Positions 55,953 through 64,000 of a stretch of 64,000 bases of DNA are shown piece after piece. Made by a program: the position numbers and the translations under genes. Source of the DNA: a virus; IMG/VR virus record IMGVR_UViG_3300006149_000007, one strand, 5' to 3'. Every line of letters starts with the position of its first letter. Positions within the stretch are counted from its first letter, which is position 1. The notes below the pieces were generated by a model. The model was not told where the DNA came from and did no database searches. It saw only the letters and a list, made by a program, of their open reading frames with translations.

Positions 55953-56483
55953 ATGGCAAAGAAAATTCTGAAAAGCGACCTGTCAGTCAGCGGAATTAAG
56001 GCACTCCAAAAGGAGTTGGAGAAATACCGAGATAGCCTAACCTATAAAGCCAGACTTCTTGCGGAAAAACTTAGCGAGCGTGGCGTAGAAATTTCCAGAG
56101 TACAGATAGCCGACCTTGACGCAATTTTTACGGGAGAGCTGATACAGAGTTTGCACAGCGAGTACAAGAACAGTACACCGTATGGGGCGATATTTGCAAT
56201 CGTGACCGACAGCGACCATGCGGCATTTGTGGAGTTCGGAACCGGACAGCGAGGAGAAGATAAACCATATCCCTATCCTCTGCCAGAAGGCGTGAGCTGG
56301 GATTACAATGTCGGTAAGACGATACGGCAGAACGCAGTAACGGGTAGATATTACTGGTTTTATCCAGGGCAGGACGGATTGTGGCACTATACAGAGGGAA
56401 TGCCCTCTCGTCCTTTTATGTACCTGACAAGCATGGAACTAATAAGAGAAGTGCCTAAAATCGCAAAGGAGGTGTTTAAGTAA
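55953..56483 (+). CDS. HK97 gp10-family tail-component protein
   Basis: AAFVEFGTGQRGE motif. Position upstream of the tail genes. Confidence 0.6.
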   Translation: MAKKILKSDLSVSGIKALQKELEKYRDSLTYKARLLAEKLSERGVEISRVQIADLDAIFTGELIQSLHSEYKNSTPYGAIFAIVTDSDHAAFVEFGTGQRGEDKPYPYPLPEGVSWDYNVGKTIRQNAVTGRYYWFYPGQDGLWHYTEGMPSRPFMYLTSMELIREVPKIAKEVFK

Positions 56484-56768
56484 ATGAAATATAGAAAGAA
56501 ACCCGTTGTAATTGAGGCGTTTCAGTATGACGGAGATTTGAAAGGTTCTGATGGCAAGTATTATGTGCCGGATTGGGCGGTAAAGGCATATGAAGACGGA
56601 ACAATGTATTATGGAGAACTTGACGGACAACCGGGCGAGTTATTTATTAAGACGTTGGAGGGCGCTCATCATGCGAGTGTTGGAGATTATATCATTCAAG
56701 GCATAAACGGAGAGTTTTACCCTTGCAAGCCCGACATCTTTGAAAAGACCTATGAGGCGGTGGTCTAA
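56484..56768 (+). CDS. small conserved phage protein, copy B of the duplicated pair
   Basis: [15 protein letters not shown]...[21 protein letters not shown]. Confidence 0.6.
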   Translation: MKYRKKPVVIEAFQYDGDLKGSDGKYYVPDWAVKAYEDGTMYYGELDGQPGELFIKTLEGAHHASVGDYIIQGINGEFYPCKPDIFEKTYEAVV

Positions 56769-57170
56769 TTGCTTGAACTAAACATGCTTGAAAGCATTAT
56801 ATTTTCAAGGATAAAAGCCGAGTTTTCGCCAAAGATAAAGGCAAAATACAAAGACCTATCGTTTACCACACAAGAGGAAAGCAAGGTCAAGCCAAAATTT
56901 CCCAACGTGTATTTATACCTCATGCCGGGAACAGAAACAGGGCTGACGCTTGAGAGGACAGTATTTGAGGAAGGATTGTTTACATTCCAAATTCGCGTGA
57001 CAAACAACAGCGGGCAAACCGCAGTACAGGAAACCATAAATGAAGTCATAAGACTTATGAAGAAAATGTCATTTGAAATCGTTGCGACGCCAGTATATGA
57101 AAATGACGCAGATACACAATGGTCTGTCATGCGTTTTCGGCGCACGATTGGAAGGAATGACGTATTGTAG
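56769..57170 (+). CDS. tail completion / head-tail joining protein
   Basis: Position immediately before the major tail gene. An alternative ATG is at 56784. Confidence 0.45.
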   Translation: MLELNMLESIIFSRIKAEFSPKIKAKYKDLSFTTQEESKVKPKFPNVYLYLMPGTETGLTLERTVFEEGLFTFQIRVTNNSGQTAVQETINEVIRLMKKMSFEIVATPVYENDADTQWSVMRFRRTIGRNDVL

Positions 57171-57172
57171 CA

Positions 57173-57197
57173 AACGCCTTAACGGGCGTTATTTTTA
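57173..57197 (+). terminator. rho-independent terminator
   Basis: AACGCC-ttaacg-GGCGTT followed by ATTTTT. Confidence 0.6.
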
Positions 57198-57225
57198 TGC
57201 AAAATTTTAAGGAGGAAAACAGATT

Positions 57226-57729
57226 ATGGCAACAGGATTAAAAAGCAGGATTATCTATCGGGAACAGCCTGCAAGCCCGACAGAGGGCGCATATTGGGCA
57301 GGTACATATAAATTACTGATGAGAGCAAAAAGTATTCCAAGCCCGTTCGGGAGCCAAAACACGGTGGATACTTCCACATTGGAAGATTTAGTTGAAACGC
57401 AGGAGCCGGGAAGACGGTCAGCGGCATCAATGGAAGTTCCGGGGGCGTTTGAAAAGGCATATAAAGACGAAATGGCGGAGAATGAGGGAAAGAAACTTGA
57501 CTTCTGTATTTTGTACGGCACAGACGGAAAAGGAAGCGAGGGTATCTGTGCATTTAAAGGACAGGAAAGTTTTGCGCCAGATGAAGCAACAGACGACCAT
57601 CTGACAGGAACGGCAACTGTATCCGTATCAACAGTTCCTAGATGGATTGAAGACGACTACACAGTATCGGTAACAGAAGACCCTGACACAGGATATCCTA
57701 CGTCAATTACACTGACAAAAAAAGCGTAA
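57226..57729 (+). CDS. major tail protein
   Basis: 167 aa, AAGGAGGA SD, bracketed by terminators and followed by the chaperone pair. Confidence 0.6.
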   Translation: MATGLKSRIIYREQPASPTEGAYWAGTYKLLMRAKSIPSPFGSQNTVDTSTLEDLVETQEPGRRSAASMEVPGAFEKAYKDEMAENEGKKLDFCILYGTDGKGSEGICAFKGQESFAPDEATDDHLTGTATVSVSTVPRWIEDDYTVSVTEDPDTGYPTSITLTKKA

Positions 57730-57819
57730 GCTATTCGTCAAGAAAATCAAGAAGTAAGGCTGTGACGGATAGCGAGGATATAGAAACAGCCGAAGCAGAT
57801 TATCAATTTTAAAAAATTC

Positions 57820-57847
57820 AAGGCGGTGTAAATACCGCCTTTTTTAA
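57820..57847 (+). terminator. rho-independent terminator
   Basis: AAGGCGGT-gtaaat-ACCGCCTT followed by TTTTT. Confidence 0.75.
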
Positions 57848-57876
57848 GAAATATAAAAAAAGGAAGGTAAAATATT

Positions 57877-58311
57877 ATGGCAATGGAATTAAAAGTAAAG
57901 GATAAAGTATATAAAGTAAAATTCGGATTCAATAGTTTCTGCGATACGGACCTTATGGACAGAACAAGCGATTTGATAAAAATTTTCAGTGATTCAGAAG
58001 TGACAGATGATAATGAGGTAAATGGAATCGGAAAAATAAAAGAATTGTTTAGCTGCACAAGAGATTTATTATTTGTCGGATTTCAAAAATTTAATCCCGT
58101 TGAAACTGTGCAGCAAATCGGAGATATCCTCGATGATTACCTCGATGAAGCGCAGGAAGAAGATAAGAGAGGAATTCTTGATTTGTTTACCAAACTAACA
58201 GAGGAGTTAATGAATGAGGGTTTTTTAGGGGGTCTGATGAAGCAGATAACAGAAACAACAGAGGTGAAAGTTACGAAGATTCCACAGGACCACAAGAATC
58301 CACAGAAGTAA
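57877..58311 (+). CDS. tail assembly chaperone (gpG-like)
   Basis: Position before the tape measure gene. Contains the slippery site at 58221-58227. Confidence 0.65.
   Translation: MAMELKVKDKVYKVKFGFNSFCDTDLMDRTSDLIKIFSDSEVTDDNEVNGIGKIKELFSCTRDLLFVGFQKFNPVETVQQIGDILDDYLDEAQEEDKRGILDLFTKLTEELMNEGFLGGLMKQITETTEVKVTKIPQDHKNPQK
58221..58227 (+). promoter_or_regulatory. programmed -1 frameshift slippery heptamer T_TTT_TTA giving a G-T fusion (57877..58664)
   Basis: The -1 frame is open from 58218 to 58664. In the zero frame, ggT TTT TTA matches the X_XXY_YYZ pattern. Confidence 0.65.
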
Positions 58312-58829
58312 AGCCGTATGCACAGGCGATATATGAGGATATTTTGCCCTTTCATCTTACAATCGGCGTGTCATGGGAACGATTTATGGATAGCTGCCCA
58401 AGAGAGCTTGAACCGTTTTTAGCAGCATACAAACTGCAAATAAATAGAGAGGATATAAAACAATGGCAATTAGGACAATATATGGCGGCAGCTATAACAT
58501 GCAACTTCTCAAAACAAAAATATCCGAAAAAACCTATCTTTCAGATAAAATGTAATATATCACATAATAGTTACAAAGAATCGCAGGAAGAAATTGCGGT
58601 GTTTGAAATGAAGCAAAGAATAAATCTTTTAAGAGCGCAAGGGCTTCCGGAAAGCCCATTATAAGGTGGTACGGGTTCAAATCCTGCCGTCTTTTTCATC
58701 AAAAAACACAAATATGGTAATTCCGGCAGGGATAGGAGTGTACAGCCGAAAGCGGTAAGCCTTAACCGCTTCCCTGCTGATTACAGATAAGGCGATTCTA
58801 ACAAAATAAATTATAGGAGGTATGAATTT

Positions 58830-59492
58830 ATGTTAGTAGAAATTATAGGAAAGAGAAATGAAGAGAGGCTTATAACGACAAGCCTAAAGGTGGCAGAAGT
58901 TTTTGAAAGGGAGCACAAAGATGTTCTCGAAAGTATCAGAAATCTCACAGCGGAAAAGTCCGCAGCCAAATTCTTCAATGAAACAACATACAAAAGCAGA
59001 GGAAAAGAATATCCAATGTATGAAATAGATAGGGACGGATTTTCTTTGCTTGTCATGGGGTTTAATGGAGAAAAGGCGTTGAAGTGGAAATTGAAATACA
59101 TAGACGCTTTCAACGCAATGGAAAACGAACTGAAACGCATTTATACCGAACGTCAGCAATGGCAGATTGAACGTGACAAGGGCGTTGTTATCCGGCATAT
59201 CCTTACAGACACAATTAAGATGAAAATTGCAGACAGCCCGCATAAACGTTTTGCATATCCAAACTATACAAATTTAATTTATCGGGCTTTGTTTGATAAG
59301 ACGGCAAAGGAACTTGAACAAGAATATGGCGTTAAATCCAAAGAGAACCTTAGAGATTTCTTTACAGGAGAAGACTTATCAAGAGTTCAAAGCATGGAAA
59401 TGCTTATTTCAAGTCTTATTAACTGCGGTTGGGGATATTCAGAAATAAAAGAATTTGTTCAGAACAATACAAGAAAAATGATTGAATCTTAG
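58830..59492 (+). CDS. Rha-family regulatory protein (moron between the chaperone and the tape measure)
   Basis: ITTSLKVAEVFEREHKDVLESIRNL...YEIDRDGFSLLVMGFNGEKALKWKLKYIDAFNAME. Confidence 0.7.
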   Translation: MLVEIIGKRNEERLITTSLKVAEVFEREHKDVLESIRNLTAEKSAAKFFNETTYKSRGKEYPMYEIDRDGFSLLVMGFNGEKALKWKLKYIDAFNAMENELKRIYTERQQWQIERDKGVVIRHILTDTIKMKIADSPHKRFAYPNYTNLIYRALFDKTAKELEQEYGVKSKENLRDFFTGEDLSRVQSMEMLISSLINCGWGYSEIKEFVQNNTRKMIES

Positions 59493-59539
59493 AAGATAGC
59501 ATCAGCTATCTTTTTTTGATTTTGAAAAGGAGGTGAAAC

Positions 59540-61573
59540 ATGGCGACAATAGAAACTTTGGATATACAAATAAACGCTTCTACTGATAAAGCCTCTAAGG
59601 CAATCGACAAACTTGCAACCGGAGTAGGACATCTTGCAGACGCAATGAATAAGTTTCAATCGGTCAAAGCAGAAAATTTTACTACCGTTAAAAATGGAAT
59701 CGAAAAACTTGGACAAACAAATACCGAAAATTTATCAAAACTTGGAAGAGCTTTAAAATCTCTTGGTAAGGGCATGAGTTCGTTTAATGCTGTGTCATTC
59801 GGTGAAGACAAGTCAATCAGCATAAATAATATGGCGAGTTCTTTAGATAAGATAGCCTCCATTCCTGACATTCCGATTGCTAAAATAAAAGTTTTGCCTC
59901 AAGCAGCAAAAAACATATCAAAATTTTGCCAAGAGATAAGCAAGATTAATCAAGTTACGTTTGATTCAACGAAAATTTCTGGAATTATTAGTCCTTTATC
60001 TGGATTAGATACAGAGAAGTTAGTTCCAATAACAGCGAAACTTCCTAGCATTGCGAACAATTTATCTAAATTTTATTCAAAGATAAGTCAAACCAACATA
60101 GTTGATTTTGATATATCAAATCTTACAAGTTTAATAACAAAACTCGGAAAAAAATCAGGGGACATATCTTCAATAGAGAAATCCGCTTCAAAATTACCTA
60201 CTATCGGTTATCACTTATCTAATTTCTATTCCCAGATAAAGAAGTCAGGAACGATTAATTTTGATATAGCAGGATTATCAAAATTGATAACAGGTCTTGA
60301 AAAAGTTTCAGGGGAAACAAGTTCTGTAGAAACGATTGCGGCGAAACTTCCTATTATCGGAAGTAATTTATCTAAATTTATTAGAGAAGTAAATAAAGCT
60401 GGAAAAGTTACTTTTGATATAACAAGTCTTGCGAATTTGATTTCAGGTATCGGAAAATTAGAAAGCAAAACAGCAACGACATCAACAACAAATTTGCCTA
60501 GAGTAAGTAAGGATTTACAAAAATTTATCAAAGGATTGAATGGATTAGAGAAAGTTACCTTTGATGTAGCAGGACTTTCAAATTTGGTAAATTCTATATC
60601 GAAATTAGGGGGCGGTTCTGTTTTATCTGCTGTTGAAAATATTCCGCGCATTACAGCAGCATTAAAGGATATGATGACAGAATTATCATCAGCTCCAAGG
60701 GTATCAAGGAATATTATTGATATGACAAACGCCCTTGCCAGATTAATAAGTCAAAGCAGGTCAGCGTCGTCAGCAAGCGAAAAATTCAGTTCTTCAATGA
60801 ACCGTACAAGTTCTTCGGTTTCAAAGTCACATCAACAGCTTAAAAACCTGACTTTAAATCTGAAATCTGTAACTCAGCAATTATTGGCGGCTTCAGGAAT
60901 ATATTTAAGTATTTATGGAGCAGTAAGAGGTTTCAAAAGTGCCGTTCAAAGCTCTATGGATTACGTAGAGGACCTGAACTATTTCAATGCTGCATTTGGG
61001 CAAGTGGCAGAAAGCGCAGATTTATCAAACTGGAAAGAAGCTGGGTATAATTCGGCAACTGCATACTACAATTCTTTCGCAGAAAGAGCCGAACAGATAA
61101 CGCAGAAGATGACAGGATATCAGGTATCGCAAAGCGGAATGCTTCTATCTACTGGCGAAAAGAATCTTGGTATAAATCCAAGCCAATTAATGAATTATCA
61201 GGCTGTATTCGGGCAGATGTCATCATCTATGGGGACCACATCAGAAAATGCTTTGCTTCTGTCTGATGTTTTAACCAAAATAGGTGCTGACCTTGCTTCT
61301 GTGAAAAATATGGACTTTGATAAGGTCTGGAATGATATGTCAAGTGGCCTTGCTGGTATGTCGAGAACGCTTGACAAGTATGGCGTAAATATCCGAAACG
61401 TCAACTTACAGCAGAAATTAAATGAATTAGGGATTCAGGCAAACATAACGAAGCTGAACCAGAACGAAAAAGCGCTTTTGAGAACTATTATTTTGCTTGA
61501 TACTACACGTTACGCGTGGTCTGATATGTCGGAAACGATAGACAATAGCAATAAGCTATTACTTGTCGCCTAA
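59540..61573 (+). CDS. tail tape measure protein, 5' exon (ORF as read; proposed splice donor after 61539)
   Basis: Long helical protein with repeated LS(K/N)F...VTFD(I/V)..L..LI modules. It ends abruptly in ...DMSETIDNSNKLLLVA*. Confidence 0.75.
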   Translation: MATIETLDIQINASTDKASKAIDKLATGVGHLADAMNKFQSVKAENFTTVKNGIEKLGQTNTENLSKLGRALKSLGKGMSSFNAVSFGEDKSISINNMASSLDKIASIPDIPIAKIKVLPQAAKNISKFCQEISKINQVTFDSTKISGIISPLSGLDTEKLVPITAKLPSIANNLSKFYSKISQTNIVDFDISNLTSLITKLGKKSGDISSIEKSASKLPTIGYHLSNFYSQIKKSGTINFDIAGLSKLITGLEKVSGETSSVETIAAKLPIIGSNLSKFIREVNKAGKVTFDITSLANLISGIGKLESKTATTSTTNLPRVSKDLQKFIKGLNGLEKVTFDVAGLSNLVNSISKLGGGSVLSAVENIPRITAALKDMMTELSSAPRVSRNIIDMTNALARLISQSRSASSASEKFSSSMNRTSSSVSKSHQQLKNLTLNLKSVTQQLLAASGIYLSIYGAVRGFKSAVQSSMDYVEDLNYFNAAFGQVAESADLSNWKEAGYNSATAYYNSFAERAEQITQKMTGYQVSQSGMLLSTGEKNLGINPSQLMNYQAVFGQMSSSMGTTSENALLLSDVLTKIGADLASVKNMDFDKVWNDMSSGLAGMSRTLDKYGVNIRNVNLQQKLNELGIQANITKLNQNEKALLRTIILLDTTRYAWSDMSETIDNSNKLLLVA

Positions 61574-61802
61574 TATGGCAACATATTAGTGAAAATCGAG
61601 GTATTAAGCGGGAACCCTAAACCGAAAGGCATGGGAATCCGAACCGAAGGCTGTGCAAAGCGCAGTCAGGGGCAACGCATAGGCAGCGAAAAGATATAAT
61701 CTGCCCACGAGACCTCGACAACCTTATAGGTTGAAAAGATATGCTGACCTTATGGGAAACCATAAGAAATAAAGGATAAAAAGCCTTTATGATAACAATG
61801 TG
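61540..61802 (+). ncRNA. group I intron (IA-like, no homing endonuclease ORF)
   Basis: P2 TAATATG-GCAA-CATATTA. P3 61596-61602 / 61712-61718. P7 GTCAG / CTGAC. P8 AACCT-tat-AGGTT. J8/7 AAAAGATAT. P9 CTTATGG-GAAA-CCATAAG. A U.G pair at the 5' splice site and a terminal G. Removing it restores the frame. Confidence 0.65.
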
Positions 61803-64000
61803 AAATCAACCGGCAAATCAGCTTCGTCTTTTACAAGCAAATTTTAGCAACTTAGGGCGGACCATAGGAAATATATTCCTGCCAATCGTAGCAAAAGTAT
61901 TGCCATATCTCAATGCAGTAGCAATAGCTTTGCAAAGACTTGCAGAAAAAATTGTGTTGCTGCTAGGCTTCGAGGATTTTGACTGGGGCGGCTTAGGCAA
62001 AAGCGGAGGTACTACCTCTGACGCATTGAGCACTATCTATGACGAAACGGAAAATGTTTCTGACGCAATGGGCGACGCAACGAAGAAGACGAAAGAGTTT
62101 CAAAATCAGCTCCTAGGCTTTGATGAAGCTTACAAATTATCCGAGCCGGCAGAAGATACATCATCTTCTGCAACGGGAGCAGGATTAAGCGGACCAGATA
62201 CCGCAGCTTTGGATGCAGCGTTTAAAAAGATTGCAAACGAATATCAGGCGGCATGGACAGCGGCTTTTGAAAAAATGGAACAGGAATCAACAGCGATTGC
62301 GGATAGGATAATCAGTGCCTTTGAACGTGGCGATTATAAAGGTATCGGAACATACATAAGCACAAACATCTCTGACGCATTAGCTTCTATCAACTGGGAT
62401 TCTGTTTATCAAGGTGCAAGGAATTTCGGGACTGGTCTCGCCGAATTTATGAATGGGTTAATCACACCGGATTTGTTCGGAAATGTCGGAAAAACGATTG
62501 CAGGGACTTTGAATACAAAACTTTATGCGGTGTTATCTTTTGGGCAGACATTTGATTTTACGAATCTAGGAGAATCCATAGCAGCAGGAGTGAACAACTT
62601 CTTTGCGACGTTTGATTTTGGAAGTCTGGCGGAAACATTAAATGTTTGGGCGAAAGGTATATTAAACACTGCTATTACAGCGCTTGATAATATTGACTGG
62701 GGAATGATAGGGAAGCAAATAGGAACTTTCCTAGCAGATATTGACCTGTTTGAAATTGGATTTAAAGTAGTGCAAGCTTTATGGAAAGGTATTAATGCTG
62801 AATTTGATTTGCTTGTTGGAGCGTTTGAAAAAGCGCCGTTAGAAACTATAATAGTATCTTTTGCGACAATGCCAAAGTTATTAAAGGCGATTATGACAAG
62901 CAAATTTATAACAGGATTCAAGAAACTCGCAAATGGAATTAAATTAGTTTCTGGTGCATTAATAGGCAATCAAACTGCTATTACTGCTCTTTCAAGTCAA
63001 TATCCAAAATTATCAAAAGCAATTAATATTGCTAAAGATTCTTTTAGAGCATTAAGAACAGGAATTTCAAACGGAAATGTTTTCAATGGTGTAAAACTTG
63101 CGATAGAAAATCTTAGAAATAATTTAACCGGATTACAGAAAGGTGCAATTACGGCAGTTGCGGGATTTGCAGAATTTAAAGTTATATCAAATACCTTTGA
63201 GGGATTAATTTCAGGAAATGAAAATTTATTAGAGGGCATAATGAAAATAGGCGGAGTCGCAGCAGCAGCGGCAGCAGCAATGTATACAGCTCTTGGACCA
63301 GCCGGGCTTGCGATAGCGGCAGTTATAGGTGCTGTTGGTGCAGTAAAAGGAATAAGTGACGCATTTGAAGAAATAAGAATTAAGGAATTTGGAGAAATAA
63401 TCAAAAATGCCATGACAAATCCGGGAGGCGTCCCGTTAAGCGAAATTACTTCTCAATTTGCAAACGCTTTTTCTGAAGCTGCTAGTGGATTCGATATAAT
63501 AAAAGAAAAATCTTCTGAAATGGACAGTGTTCAAAAAAATGTTGAAAGTACATGGACGGAAATTTATAAAATACAGGAGGCAATGGATAATGGAGTTCTT
63601 TCTGTTGAAGAAGGAAAACAAAAGCTATCCGATTTGTTCTCAGAACTTGCAACATTAACAGAAACAAAATTTTCCACAATGAACACAGTTATCATGTCTG
63701 TTTATGGGGAAGGAGGCTCTTTTCACAATGCTTTAGATAGTATAGGTGCTGATACTGAAACTGCTATTGATACAATGATATCCTATGGATATCAGAATAG
63801 TGAAAGAGCAAAAGAAATAGCAAAAGAACTTTCGGGAATGAATATAGATTCTGATGAATACAAAAGTTTAGTTTCTGAACTTGCAACATTAACAGGGGAG
63901 ATGTCGAAGTTTGAGCAAGCAACAAGTGATTTTGCTTATGATATGAACTCTTTACAAGGAAAAATTTCTTATGAAGAAATTTTTCCAAATGGAGAATTTG
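61803..64000 (+). CDS. tail tape measure protein, 3' exon (runs off the window end)
   Basis: Frame open from 61804 to 64000: NQPANQLRLLQANFSNLGRTIGNIFLPIVAKVLPYLNAVAIALQRLAE... is the typical TMP core. It has no start codon of its own. Confidence 0.75.

Larger units (their letters stand above)
1..64000 (+). mobile_element. Temperate tailed-phage DNA (prophage or phage genome) with a siphovirus-type morphogenesis module; possibly a composite of two replicons
   Basis: Repressor/Cro switch, RecT, integrase plus excisionase, TerL, portal, capsid, tail and tape measure are all present. There are two replisome-organizer genes, each with internal iterons. Confidence 0.9.

Noticed and set aside
58668-58695. 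tRNA 3' half (GGTTCAAATCC T-loop) after the chaperone genes
   Set aside because: No complementary 5' acceptor strand exists 60-75 nt upstream, and the upstream sequence is coding. It is treated as a possible att or insertion scar only.
1-64000. Stop-codon reassignment as an explanation for the in-frame TGA (17569) and TAA (19766)
   Set aside because: TAA, TAG and TGA all terminate many well-defined genes here, each immediately followed by the next gene's SD and start. Examples are TGA at 8178, TAG at 15199 and 51253, and TAA at 3603. No suppressor tRNA is present; the only tRNA has anticodon GCA. Isolated nonsense lesions are more likely.

Overview
The window is about 64 kb of low-GC, Firmicutes/Clostridia-style temperate tailed-phage DNA, coded almost entirely on the + strand. 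All calls rest on ORF reading and motif recognition; no database search was possible.

LEFT ARM (1-27.9 kb): an XRE repressor / Cro / Rha lysogeny switch, followed by an FtsK-like ATPase, SSB, a Rad50/SbcC-like ATPase and an Rnl-type ligase. Next come RecT, a PncA-like nicotinamidase, a vWA-PP2C-kinase (TerY-P type) triad and MazG. Three genes here look broken: an MBL-fold hydrolase, a GIY-YIG nuclease and a PAPS-reductase-like gene. The arm ends with a replisome organizer carrying internal iterons, a G39P-like loader, RNase HI, an excisionase and a tyrosine integrase. Five TTGGTACTC repeats follow the integrase in an attP-like layout.

MIDDLE (28-40 kb): an accessory island. It holds low-complexity and Cys-rich proteins, three paralogous zinc-ribbon HNH/AP2 genes, a self-contained promoter-operator / 391-aa protein / HTH cassette, a minus-strand nucleotidyltransferase locus, and small regulators.

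RIGHT ARM (40-64 kb): a promoter-leader-terminator unit in front of a terS-like gene, then a 670-nt noncoding region with palindromes and a tRNA-like structured RNA. After that come a second ligase next to tRNA-Cys, a second replisome organizer with iterons, HNH and a HAD phosphatase. The morphogenesis genes follow: TerL, sigma-like regulators, portal, scaffold, capsid, connectors, an embedded XhlA/holin pair and a major tail protein. The arm ends with a G/T chaperone pair with a TTTTTTA slippery site, a Rha moron and a tape measure gene.

The tape measure gene appears to be interrupted by a 263-nt group I intron that carries no homing endonuclease gene.
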